From a virus (lineage: Duplodnaviria > Caudoviricetes): a stretch of 52,274 bases of DNA. A program made the position numbers and the translations under genes. The notes below the pieces were generated by a model. That model searched no databases. It was given only the letters and a program-made list of their open reading frames with translations, and was not told the DNA's origin. Location: positions 1-52,274 of the IMG/VR virus record IMGVR_UViG_3300021964_000099; one strand, given 5' to 3'. Of the stretch, positions 24,357 to 33,750 are shown one piece after another (the stretch's first letter is position 1; every line of letters starts with the position of its first letter).

Positions 24357-24938
24357 TTAGGTAGCTTTGTTATTATTATAGTATTCCCAAATTTGTTTTG
24401 ATTTAAATATTTCTGGGTATTTTTGAAACAAACCAAGAGTAACAGTAAGTAGTTTTTTTGTATACTCCGGGTCAATCGCGTAGTTTTCTAAGGTTTCAAT
24501 AATAAGAAAAACATCTACATTATCAGTTATATATTGTTGTAAACGTAAATCTCTGTACTCAACAAAGGCACTAGATGCATTGAGTAAGGCAATGTAATCA
24601 GCAACACTCTCACATCTGTTTGGGTACTTTTTTAGTAGTACATTACTGTTTTTTGACTTCATATGAGGCTGTGTGCTGTCTGTTTCGATGATTCCATAGT
24701 AGTTATTACCCTCTATTGCAAAACGAGAGCGTCCCCAATCGGATTCTAGTATGGCTTGTGCTACACTAATCGCTACTACAACCCTGTACCGTGGTTCAAT
24801 AACCGCGTTATTGAGTACAGTACACTCGGCTATACCTTGCACAAACTGATCTTGCGGGTTACCATCATAGTTAAATGTAAAACCATTCAGTAATGGATTA
24901 CATAATAAAAATAATGTCGCGCATAACTCTTTAAACAT
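24357..24938 (-). CDS. Glucosaminidase (GH73/Bax-like) peptidoglycan hydrolase with N-terminal signal
   Basis: AQAILES.WG.SRFA..GNN.YGI...YA.DP.Y. Confidence 0.8.
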   Translation of the reverse strand: MFKELCATLFLLCNPLLNGFTFNYDGNPQDQFVQGIAECTVLNNAVIEPRYRVVVAISVAQAILESDWGRSRFAIEGNNYYGIIETDSTQPHMKSKNSNVLLKKYPNRCESVADYIALLNASSAFVEYRDLRLQQYITDNVDVFLIIETLENYAIDPEYTKKLLTVTLGLFQKYPEIFKSKQIWEYYNNNKAT

Positions 24939-25212
24939 CGTCGTCCTTCTCCATAAATACGTATTCGACCTTTAATTTTATCTGCTCCGGGGTCCGTTGT
25001 CGATGTATTTTTGTCCCCGGTTTCCAAGATTGACGGTAATTGGTCGTTTTTACATCGATTAATCTTACCTCTCCTGTCTTTTCATTGACTATTACCATGT
25101 CAATTGGACCTTTAGGTGACACATTACGGAACACCCAGTAACCTTCTTTTAAAAATTTAATCGTCGCTTTTAGTTCGTTTACGTCGCCTACTTTTTGTTT
25201 ATCTCTCCCCAT
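24931..25212 (-). CDS. Small PD-(D/E)XK nuclease
   Basis: GD..E......L..GY.VF.N....GP.D.......IDVKT. Confidence 0.65.
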   Translation of the reverse strand: MGRDKQKVGDVNELKATIKFLKEGYWVFRNVSPKGPIDMVIVNEKTGEVRLIDVKTTNYRQSWKPGTKIHRQRTPEQIKLKVEYVFMEKDDDV

Positions 25213-27068
25213 GAGGGTCCTATCTCTGCATCAACTTTCAAAGGTACTTTAAGTTCTACGGTATTCTCCATAACTTCTTTGATCCGTGTTGCTTGTTCCG
25301 GGTTCTCAATAGAACAGTTTAATTCATCGTGTACCTGTATGTGAGAAACAATGCCCTCTTCATATAGATCAACCATCGCCTTCTTTGTCATATCAGCCGA
25401 TGATCCTTGTATCAATCTGTTCAATGCTTTGTATGTCCATGCTCTCTTTAGATCACGTCCATATTCTTTTTCTGCTTCCCACAGTGGCAATGCTTTATGT
25501 ATACCAAATGCTCTTGGCTCCCATAAATCAAAACGACACTTACGGCCTAGCAGTGTGCGTAAGAAACCAACATTATCAGCTTTGCGTGTTGCTTGTTCCA
25601 TGAGCTGTTTTACAAAGGGAACGTTCGCATGAAACTTAGCGAATAAATCTTCGGTCTCGTCTCTATCTAAACCTAACTCGCTAGATAGTTTACCTTTACC
25701 CATACCGTACATCATACCAAGATTGATTGTCTTGGCTGTACGCCGGTCAATGCCGGCCATATCGGCGACAGCTTGATGAAAGTCGGGATCTTCTGTCTTA
25801 TAAGACTCGATGACCTCGTCGGCGCCTTTCAAGCCACCGCCGGTAAGCGCGGCGAAGTGGACAAGAACTCTCGGTTCCTGTTGGCTATAGTCAAATGACC
25901 CCCACTTGCAACCCTCGTCTGGGACGAAGATTGATCGTATCAACGGCCCGATATCTTTATTACGTGCAGGAATTTGTTGTAGGTTTGGATTACTATAACT
26001 GAACCGTCCTGTGACTGTTCCTCCTGTTTCACCACGCATTTGATTGATATCGGCGTGAATTCTACTGTGCGAAGAGTGTGTTAATATTGTGTCAATAAAT
26101 GTCGTGCGTGCTTTATTGAACTCTCTTGCTTGTACAACCATTTTTGCTAATGGATGTTTATGTGTTGTTAAAAAGTTTTTATCAAACTTTGGTTGCCCGG
26201 ACTTCTCAGTGCGCTCATATTTAATATTTAATTTATCAAATGCTTTTGCTACACTTACTGCGGCCCAGATATCGACATCAACACCCGTATCTTTTTTAAT
26301 TTGTGTCAGTAATGTTGTTTCTTTTTTCTGTAAATCTTTTTTTATTCTATCTGCTTTATCTAAATCAACACGTACCCCTTTTGATTTCATATCTAATAGA
26401 CATGGAAAGAGTCGTGTCTCTAAATCAAATATACTTGATAACTCTTGCTTAATTATTTCTACTTTAAAATACTGCCATAATCTTAATGTTAAGTCTGCAT
26501 CTTGTTCTGCATAAGGACCAACATACATTGCCGGAAGTTTATACATCTGTGCTTTTGCATCAACGCCCCACTCCTTCGCGGCTTCGTATAATAAAGCTTC
26601 TGACTTTGTTTCTTTGAGATAATCTTTACCAAGTTCATTTAATGAATATCTAAATCTGTTTTCATCTATAAGTGGCGCGGCAATCAAGGTATCTATAATT
26701 TTACCTTTTACTTCTACACCCCACCAACGTAACCACCCTACATCGTAAGCGGCGTTATGAAATACTTTATCACATGGTAAATCCATGATCTTTTGTACTT
26801 GACGCTTGAGTATATTCTCGTCAAAGTTACCACCACCCTCATGTCGTATAGGGAAGTAACCTTTCCAACCTTCTACAGCAATAGCAACACCGGCTATGTA
26901 GCCATTGTTGATAGCCCAACCCGGACCTTTTGTTTTAATGTCTGGATCGTATGTCTCTAAGTCAACAGCTATTTCTTTTGCTTCGGATAGATTAGGAACG
27001 GTCTCTGGTGGTGTCCACTCACTCGGTGTTTGAAATAGAGGTATCTGTGTCATCTTCTTTCCTATCAT
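25188..27068 (-). CDS. polA: DNA polymerase family A with 3'-5' exonuclease domain (Leu762 type)
   Basis: Exo DLET/HNAAYD/YA..D; TGRFS...PNLQQIP; DYSQQEPR; RRTAKTINLGMMYG; IQGSSAD; VHDEL. Confidence 0.95.
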   Translation of the reverse strand: MIGKKMTQIPLFQTPSEWTPPETVPNLSEAKEIAVDLETYDPDIKTKGPGWAINNGYIAGVAIAVEGWKGYFPIRHEGGGNFDENILKRQVQKIMDLPCDKVFHNAAYDVGWLRWWGVEVKGKIIDTLIAAPLIDENRFRYSLNELGKDYLKETKSEALLYEAAKEWGVDAKAQMYKLPAMYVGPYAEQDADLTLRLWQYFKVEIIKQELSSIFDLETRLFPCLLDMKSKGVRVDLDKADRIKKDLQKKETTLLTQIKKDTGVDVDIWAAVSVAKAFDKLNIKYERTEKSGQPKFDKNFLTTHKHPLAKMVVQAREFNKARTTFIDTILTHSSHSRIHADINQMRGETGGTVTGRFSYSNPNLQQIPARNKDIGPLIRSIFVPDEGCKWGSFDYSQQEPRVLVHFAALTGGGLKGADEVIESYKTEDPDFHQAVADMAGIDRRTAKTINLGMMYGMGKGKLSSELGLDRDETEDLFAKFHANVPFVKQLMEQATRKADNVGFLRTLLGRKCRFDLWEPRAFGIHKALPLWEAEKEYGRDLKRAWTYKALNRLIQGSSADMTKKAMVDLYEEGIVSHIQVHDELNCSIENPEQATRIKEVMENTVELKVPLKVDAEIGPSWGEINKK

Positions 27069-27318
27069 TTATCTCACCCGCAATCGCCGCATATCCCGCC
27101 ATGTCTATGTAACAATCTTTTGTAGGTCTGTGTTTTAATCGTGCTACTTTTACAAGTAGCATACATATAGCTACATCGTGTGCAGATATTTCATAATCTA
27201 AATAACCACTCCATAACCTTGCGATGTTTTCGTGGTTTTGATATTTATCACCGTAGTCGTGTTGACGTTGACCAGTAACAATCTTTGCCGCCGTATCTAA
27301 ATATTCTCTAGTCTTCAT
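27019..27318 (-). CDS. DUF6378-like protein (nucleotide-hydrolase-like helical domain)
   Basis: L..A..IV.G.R..DYG...N...IA..WS.YL....DVA.CM.L.K.AR.....D.Y.D.AGYAA. Confidence 0.65.
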   Translation of the reverse strand: MKTREYLDTAAKIVTGQRQHDYGDKYQNHENIARLWSGYLDYEISAHDVAICMLLVKVARLKHRPTKDCYIDMAGYAAIAGEINDRKEDDTDTSISNTE

Positions 27319-27496
27319 CTTTCTCCTTTTTGTTAATAGATCTTAAATCATTTGTAAGTAGTTGTAAATCAAGTAATAATATTTTTAATTCTTGATCAAC
27401 TTTCTCACGGTTTAGTTTTGGTAATTGTGCGCGTATCTTGCGTATTTGTTTCTCTGTTACACTGACTTGTTTCAATGCAGTATCTATTGTAAACAT
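27308..27496 (-). CDS. Hypothetical coiled-coil protein
   Basis: 62 aa in replication operon. Confidence 0.55.
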   Translation of the reverse strand: MFTIDTALKQVSVTEKQIRKIRAQLPKLNREKVDQELKILLLDLQLLTNDLRSINKKEKDED

Positions 27497-27966
27497 ATTT
27501 CTTCTAACTCCTTTATTTGTAGATTATAACAATTTGCCTTCACGGTAAAATTATTGCTAGGATCAATATCCCCTTTCTTCATATGTCTTGCTTTTTCAAA
27601 ATACTTTTTATGTTTCATTCTCCCAACAATCCACGCTTTTGACATATCATTTAAAATAGTAACAAAAATATATTCATCACATTCTTGATGCAAACTTGTT
27701 TCAGCTATTGCTACGTCGTAAAATTCAAGAGGTTTATATTTACTTCTTTTAGTTTTTACATCTATTCTTTTTCCATCTTCTATAAGATCATAATCATATG
27801 TATTTTTCCAAATTGAATTAGGTAGATGTTGATGAACTATGTATTCTCCTAAAATGCCGGATAAATTTCCTTCACCTTTTGTAATAGAATTTTTTAGTTT
27901 GCCTATTTCACTGGCTTTTTCTCTACAACTTTCTATCATTTCTTCTGTAACATTTATTTCTATCAT
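27484..27966 (-). CDS. PD-(D/E)XK-fold phage protein
   Basis: G.LGE...YD.....RIDVKTK. Confidence 0.6.
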   Translation of the reverse strand: MIEINVTEEMIESCREKASEIGKLKNSITKGEGNLSGILGEYIVHQHLPNSIWKNTYDYDLIEDGKRIDVKTKRSKYKPLEFYDVAIAETSLHQECDEYIFVTILNDMSKAWIVGRMKHKKYFEKARHMKKGDIDPSNNFTVKANCYNLQIKELEEICLQ

Positions 27967-29492
27967 TAAAATGCCTCCGTAAATTCTCTGTCCGTTTGTG
28001 ATCTCACAATGTTCAAAGTGTTTCTTGCACGCGTCATTCCCACATAGAATACACGTCGCTCTTCATCTCGTTGTGACCAATACGAAGCATCAGCCTTACG
28101 AGTTAAATCTGTTAATAGCATTACATTATCTGCCTCACCACCTTTTGATCCGTGTATCGTGGACAGTTTGATCCGTGGTGCGCGTCTAATGTTTTCTTGA
28201 CGACGTAAACACATCCGTACATACGTCTTCTTGGTAGGTTCAATATTTTCTAATGCTTCAAACCAAGGTAAGTCTTTATCTAATTTTAATCCGTAGCTTT
28301 CTTTCAGCATATCAAAGGTAAACATTTTATCTTTATCTACATTCTTCATTCCTTTAAATTTTTTATCAACACCTGTATTTATTTTTACGTAACTATAAAA
28401 TGATTTAACTCTTTTAAGATCTAATTCTTTTCCTCTGCGAATATCTTCCCATGCCAATATAGCTTGATGTACAAGTTTACTGATAGATGTCTTATCTCCT
28501 CGTTCATAAAAATAACCATATGTTTTTAATTGATCTTCTAGTTTATCTAATCGGTATCCATCTCTTGCTAATACTAACCACTCTCCCTCTTTCATTTTTT
28601 GTAACTGCTCAACCGGATGTATATTTACTTGACCTTTTTCATCACGCGCTGTCCATTCTTTATCCACTCTATCTTTCACACGCTTAATTAACTTATTTGC
28701 TTTTGCATGAATAGACTCTGCTAATCTATATGACTTGTTTAGTATGGTCCGTGTTCCGTCCATATTCATCAAAAACTCTGGTCTTGCACCCGCCCAACGA
28801 TAGATTGCTTGATCATCATCCCCGGCTATGTACACACGCTTTGCTTTTGTAAGGACACGCTCTACCATTTTCCATTGTAACCAACTAAGGTCTTGTGCTT
28901 CATCTACAATCACCACATCAAAGTTTGGCATAAGGTCATAATGTTTTTTATTGAAGTCTACAATCATGTCAGTCATGTCGTATTTGTTTCTTTCTATTTT
29001 GTAATCATGCAAGGACTTATCAATATATTTTAGCTTGCGTAAACCACCCTCAACGTTTCCAACTTCGGGATAATTAAAATAAGCTTCAGATGTTAGTCCT
29101 CGTATCTTTGCACCGTCAATGATTTGCATGAACACATCATCGGGAAAACCGGCACCATATTTTTTTATGTTGTTATTTGGATTACTTAATTTTATCTGTG
29201 TTTTATTAGATACTCTTTTGTAATCTTCATCACTCATGATGTTTTCTTCTTTTAAATGTAACTCTCTGTACGCTAAACTGTGTAGTGTGCGGAAGTTTGA
29301 GAAATCTTTTGAGTCATAACTTAATTGTGCAATAGCACGAGACAATGCTTCATCTGCCGCTTGATTGGTAAATGCAAGATAGGCGATCCTGTGTGGGGGT
29401 ACATTGTTTTCACGCAACTCTTTTTCTACAATGCGTAGTAAGTGTGTTGTCTTACCTGTTCCCGGCGGTCCAAATATTATATTTCTATCCAT
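27966..29492 (-). CDS. UvrD/REP-family SF1 helicase
   Basis: GPPGTGKT, TLHS, VDEAQD, GDDDQAIY, SYR, STIHGSKGGE, YVGMTRA. Confidence 0.92.
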   Translation of the reverse strand: MDRNIIFGPPGTGKTTHLLRIVEKELRENNVPPHRIAYLAFTNQAADEALSRAIAQLSYDSKDFSNFRTLHSLAYRELHLKEENIMSDEDYKRVSNKTQIKLSNPNNNIKKYGAGFPDDVFMQIIDGAKIRGLTSEAYFNYPEVGNVEGGLRKLKYIDKSLHDYKIERNKYDMTDMIVDFNKKHYDLMPNFDVVIVDEAQDLSWLQWKMVERVLTKAKRVYIAGDDDQAIYRWAGARPEFLMNMDGTRTILNKSYRLAESIHAKANKLIKRVKDRVDKEWTARDEKGQVNIHPVEQLQKMKEGEWLVLARDGYRLDKLEDQLKTYGYFYERGDKTSISKLVHQAILAWEDIRRGKELDLKRVKSFYSYVKINTGVDKKFKGMKNVDKDKMFTFDMLKESYGLKLDKDLPWFEALENIEPTKKTYVRMCLRRQENIRRAPRIKLSTIHGSKGGEADNVMLLTDLTRKADASYWSQRDEERRVFYVGMTRARNTLNIVRSQTDREFTEAF

Positions 29493-30136
29493 TTTAAATC
29501 TTTCCCATCATAATTAGTATACATGATAAATTTATTTTTATCTCTGTTGAACCAACCAATTTTAACATTATTTTTTTTAGCTTTTTGTAATACAGTAAAA
29601 GAACTTGCACTTGCTTCGCTACTTTTAACATCAACTAAATACACTTCTTCAGAAAATTTATTCCATATAACCATATCTGCTGGCCCTACCGCCGACGCGT
29701 TGTTAAACACTTCCCAATGGTTTTGTAAAAAATATGAAGTTACAAAAATTTCTTCAATGTCCCCTATTCTTGAAGATGGTATTTTTCTTTGATATTCCTC
29801 TACTCTTATTTTCTTTTGTTCCTTTCTTTTTTTTAATTCTTTTGCTTTTTCATAAAATTTTTTTTGCCAATCTTGATCTACCGTAGGTTGAATTGTAACT
29901 AATTTTAAATCTGCACGAGATGTAGAAAAATAAGTGTTAGAATTACAAGATGGTGTACAGTATTTATGATTATCATTTATTTTTTGAAAAGGTTCACCAC
30001 AAGTTAAACAATTTACAATTCTAGGTCCCGGATAAACATATCCGGCACTTCTACATTTTGATCCACAAAATTTTTGTGTTTTTTGAACAGGCATATATTC
30101 TTTACCACAATGTTGACATTTTCTATTTCTATTCAT
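29477..30136 (-). CDS. Zn-finger-repeat + PD-(D/E)XK endonuclease (homing-endonuclease-like)
   Basis: Two C..CG..F/Y.......KF/YC...C repeats then GD..E...VF.N....GP.D...VDVKS. Confidence 0.65.
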   Translation of the reverse strand: MNRNRKCQHCGKEYMPVQKTQKFCGSKCRSAGYVYPGPRIVNCLTCGEPFQKINDNHKYCTPSCNSNTYFSTSRADLKLVTIQPTVDQDWQKKFYEKAKELKKRKEQKKIRVEEYQRKIPSSRIGDIEEIFVTSYFLQNHWEVFNNASAVGPADMVIWNKFSEEVYLVDVKSSEASASSFTVLQKAKKNNVKIGWFNRDKNKFIMYTNYDGKDLKWIEI

Positions 30137-30348
30137 TTTATATTTAGCTCAGCTTCTGTTTCAATCCATACTTTAGCACCACAGCTCAATGGTTTTTCTG
30201 GCCTATAAACAACTTTTGATTCACCTAAAATAGAAACCTCGTGACAATAGGTATTTTTCTTACCTTCTTTAATCGTTATCACAGGTTCATTTGTTCCATG
30301 TTTTTTATTTGCTCTTACCTTATGCATATTAACATGTATTCTTTTCAT
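30133..30348 (-). CDS. Conserved hypothetical phage protein
   Basis: IHVN.H.IR.N.K.....PV.T.K....PLSCGA.VWIET. Confidence 0.65.
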   Translation of the reverse strand: MKRIHVNMHKVRANKKHGTNEPVITIKEGKKNTYCHEVSILGESKVVYRPEKPLSCGAKVWIETEAELNIK

Positions 30349-31901
30349 TAAAAAGGTGTCTCCTCACTCATGTCTGGAGTATCAAACTCATCAGTGCTTT
30401 TTCTAATCCAAGGTACATACCAAAGATAAGCTGTCTTACCTTTTATTTTTCTTCTTACATCTCCGCCGTTCAATTTACTTCTAATATGTGCCAACATCTC
30501 TGTAGCAGTAAAATCTTTAAAATCATTTCTTTTCAAGAACTTATGTAACCATTCTGATTTAAAATATGCAGTGTCCCTATTTACTTTACCTTCTTTTTCT
30601 TCGTATTCTCTTTCTTGAAACAATGCTTTACCCATATCTACTTCATCTATGTGTTCTGCTGAACCTTGATCTTCTAAGAAACGTTCAAGTAAAGTTTCAA
30701 ATCTACCTGTCTTTGTAATCTCATGCGGCATCTGTATAACAACAACAGTTTCCATTAACATTTGCATTCTACTGTCCCAATCAGCCGGTCTCATCATGTT
30801 AGGGTAGAAATTTATTGCATTCATACACGCTTGTCTAAATTTGTGTTGATTATACAATTGATCGGTCGATAATTTTAATCTTCTACCATCTATATTTAAA
30901 AACCAAGTTGACTCATCACTTTCATATTTTGTTAAATCACTAATATCATGTTGTATTTCTGTAGCACCAACTCCATACTGTTTACCTTTACATTCTGTTT
31001 TTTGACAAACTGCACACATAGGTTGATCTTTACATTTGTATTGATAATCTTTTTTTTCATGCTGTCTTATTGTTTTAACAACTTGCTGTGCCGGTAATGG
31101 TGTTTCCATATACTTATGATTAAACTCTTCTATTTTTGCTTGCCATTCCTCCGGCCATTTTCTTTTTGCATATACTGCGTATTGGTACAATGTGTTATCT
31201 CTTCCACCCGGTGGTATGCCTTGCGACATTAATATAGATAGACAAGGTGGTCCATCTTTTAATTCAAGATCATTCTTTCTTTTTACTTTAAATTCTTTTA
31301 AACTTTTTTCGGTCGTACAATAACGATCATATAAAGCGAAGAAATCATCAAGGCTACTAGCATTACCATCGTCGCTATAGCCATGACGCATAGAATCATC
31401 ACCACCGTGATAGGGAAGATTAAGAAAGTTTCCAGTGTCTCCACGATCTGCTTGTATCTCAATTTGTTTTGGAAATATTTCACAATTTGCATAACCTAAT
31501 TCTCCTGCCCACTCCTGTAATTTATCACGCATAAGTTTAGCTTGTACAGGTTCTTTTGTAAATAAAAATACATGTGCACCACCACTCTTTGATCTACACA
31601 TAACAACTGGTAATTCTAATTCTCTTATCTTTCTTACAATTTTTTTATGATCTAATGGATATGTATCTATATCTATACAACCCCATATGCATTTTGAATC
31701 ATCACGTATTGGTATGATACCAAGACTAGGATCTTTACCCTCTATGTGGTCTATCCATAATTGATCTGTAACAGGTGCTTTTTTTATGAAAGCTTGTCCG
31801 CCTGCTTTACCATTTACTAGTTGCCCATCACTTTTATATTGACCATAGGCACGGTCCAATCCATAGAATATAGTTTTAAATTTCTTTATTCTTTCTTCCA
31901 T
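30348..31901 (-). CDS. DNA primase (AEP-like domain + primase C-terminal domain)
   Basis: WGCIDID, RSKSGG.H.F, EIFPKQ, GNFLNLPY, PPC...GGR.N.L, C...C Zn site. Confidence 0.75.
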   Translation of the reverse strand: MEERIKKFKTIFYGLDRAYGQYKSDGQLVNGKAGGQAFIKKAPVTDQLWIDHIEGKDPSLGIIPIRDDSKCIWGCIDIDTYPLDHKKIVRKIRELELPVVMCRSKSGGAHVFLFTKEPVQAKLMRDKLQEWAGELGYANCEIFPKQIEIQADRGDTGNFLNLPYHGGDDSMRHGYSDDGNASSLDDFFALYDRYCTTEKSLKEFKVKRKNDLELKDGPPCLSILMSQGIPPGGRDNTLYQYAVYAKRKWPEEWQAKIEEFNHKYMETPLPAQQVVKTIRQHEKKDYQYKCKDQPMCAVCQKTECKGKQYGVGATEIQHDISDLTKYESDESTWFLNIDGRRLKLSTDQLYNQHKFRQACMNAINFYPNMMRPADWDSRMQMLMETVVVIQMPHEITKTGRFETLLERFLEDQGSAEHIDEVDMGKALFQEREYEEKEGKVNRDTAYFKSEWLHKFLKRNDFKDFTATEMLAHIRSKLNGGDVRRKIKGKTAYLWYVPWIRKSTDEFDTPDMSEETPF

Positions 31902-31921
31902 AATGTATTCCTTTCAATTAA

Positions 31922-31940
31922 GGGGCGGTTGCCCGCCCCA
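31922..31940 (-). terminator. Hairpin after the SSB-like gene
   Basis: GGGGCGG-N5-CCGCCCC. Confidence 0.5.
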
Positions 31941-31946
31941 TGTTAT

Positions 31947-32714
31947 TTAAAATGGCGTCTTCTCCTCAGTAGAAGATTCTTCTTCATACTTGACTTTTAC
32001 TTCACCTTTGTTCACGCTTTCAGCAAATGCTTTAGCGATACTGTAAAGGTTAGCATCTTCAAGTTGAGACTCCCTACTAATCTCCCAACCATACCAGTTA
32101 CCCTTATCATTACCTTCTTTGGTAGTTTTAAGGCGGTAGTAATGGCTATAAGATGGTGGAGTAAACAATCCGTTCTTACCATTTAGTTTTAAGTTTAGTA
32201 ACATAGAGTTCCACTTTCTACTCTTTTTAAGCTGTGTAGCTTTCATTGTAATCAAAGCCGGAGTAGAATCCCCGTCCTCAGTTACAAGTAGTACATAGTG
32301 GTTGCCACACGTCTCAACATAGTTTCCGTTTTCTAAACGATCTTTGTTGTTATCATCTCGTGTAGTTTTTGTAAGTATGTCACTTGAAGCATCGTAGACA
32401 TTTATCGGAGCACCCGATCCCTGTCCTCTGTCAGCCCACTCAACGTATTGACGTTGATACGCACAAGGTAGAACACGAATACCATTTGATCCATCATACA
32501 GATCATTAGTCACTGTATTAAAAATCATTCCGGCTTTTGCACCTTCTAGTTCTTCGAGTTCTGGTGATAACTGCATCAAGACTTTTAATCTTGGTGTCGC
32601 TAAGTCATCTTGCGATATGTTTTCAAGGCCGCTATGTGCGTCCCCTTCCATCAAATCCAGACTTAGTGCAGGTAGTTGACTTTCTTCTTTTTTTACAACA
32701 TTAGCTTTTGCCAT
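31947..32714 (-). CDS. Putative ssDNA-binding protein
   Basis: 255 aa with acidic tail ending TPF; between primase and upstream replication genes. Confidence 0.55.
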   Translation of the reverse strand: MAKANVVKKEESQLPALSLDLMEGDAHSGLENISQDDLATPRLKVLMQLSPELEELEGAKAGMIFNTVTNDLYDGSNGIRVLPCAYQRQYVEWADRGQGSGAPINVYDASSDILTKTTRDDNNKDRLENGNYVETCGNHYVLLVTEDGDSTPALITMKATQLKKSRKWNSMLLNLKLNGKNGLFTPPSYSHYYRLKTTKEGNDKGNWYGWEISRESQLEDANLYSIAKAFAESVNKGEVKVKYEEESSTEEKTPF

Positions 32715-32727
32715 ATGTTTCTCCTTT

Positions 32728-33285
32728 TTACTTTTTACTTATTTTAGTTTCGGCGCCAACAAAGACTCCGAAAGTGTCCATCGGCAACTCAGTACCCTCA
32801 ATGATTTGTTCTCTAACAAACGCTTTGAGAGTCATGGGTTCCACCCAGACCTTCTGTGTGTGCTCATATCCTAGTGAATTTATGTTGTCAATAAATTCAT
32901 TTGCAGATTGATCCTCACCTTTACCGAACGTAGCAGATACTTGATTTTTTATCAAGTCGCCGTGTCCGTTATCACGAAGCCACTGAAACGCTTCTTCGCG
33001 ATGTCTTACTGGAATAGAAGCCTGTACTAATTGTTTCACCTTTACAGATGAACCATCTTTTAGTGTCAAACTTTCTAATCCTAATTCTGACATTTTTGCC
33101 GGAATTATTTCTTGTGACAATTTACGAGCCGCTTTTGCTTTTGCTTTTAACTGCTCTTCTAATTGTTTCATTTCTTCTTCTAGTGACGCTTGTTCCGCGC
33201 ACAAATCAGCCATTTCTTTTAAAGAATTATCGCCGATCGTTGGCATGGTTACATCACTTTCCATTTCGTCTAATAAGTTACTCAT
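32728..33285 (-). CDS. Conserved replication-module protein
   Basis: GAGGAG RBS before MSNLLDEM; coiled coil then A.QWLR.NGHGD.IK...V.PMTLKAFV.E. Confidence 0.7.
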   Translation of the reverse strand: MSNLLDEMESDVTMPTIGDNSLKEMADLCAEQASLEEEMKQLEEQLKAKAKAARKLSQEIIPAKMSELGLESLTLKDGSSVKVKQLVQASIPVRHREEAFQWLRDNGHGDLIKNQVSATFGKGEDQSANEFIDNINSLGYEHTQKVWVEPMTLKAFVREQIIEGTELPMDTFGVFVGAETKISKK

Positions 33286-33664
33286 CAATTTCTCCTCTCT
33301 CATATAAGTTAACTTCAATCGGATAGTATTTATATTCTCTCCTATCCCACTTCAAGCATTTAAATTTACCACGATTTTGTGTGGCGGCTATAGCACATGC
33401 AATACCAATAGCAGACGGATCACCCATTAATAAAAGATAGTCATCATCACTAAAATTTCTTAGCTTATAATTTAATCTTTTCACAGTAGGACCCGTACTC
33501 AAAACCAACTGAGAACCTTCTGGTAATAGTAATTCTAATTTACCAAACTTTTCTGCACTAAGTATATTTCTACCCGGTACCTCTTGAACTACAAAAACTG
33601 TACCTTCACCAAGAGGTTGAGTTAAGTGATTGATACCAACCATACCACCAAATTTATCTACCAT
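33278..33664 (-). CDS. Conserved small Rossmann-like protein with N-terminal GG-motif extension
   Basis: VFVVQE...A..FG...DDYLL..GDP...WD.....Y; N-terminus MVDKFGGMVGINHLTQPL. Confidence 0.65.
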   Translation of the reverse strand: MVDKFGGMVGINHLTQPLGEGTVFVVQEVPGRNILSAEKFGKLELLLPEGSQLVLSTGPTVKRLNYKLRNFSDDDYLLLMGDPSAIGIACAIAATQNRGKFKCLKWDRREYKYYPIEVNLYERGEIDE

Positions 33665-33679
33665 TCTTTCTCCTTCTGT

Positions 33680-33722
33680 TTTCCATATATCATTGACAAA
33701 ACATTTTGCAAGTGTTATTTAC
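33680..33722. promoter_or_regulatory. Overlapping divergent sigma70-like promoters
   Basis: TTGACA at 33693 on +, TTGCAA on -; between the divergent replication operon and SNF2 helicase. Confidence 0.5.
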
Positions 33723-33750
33723 AAAATAAGAATTAAAGAAGGACGACATT

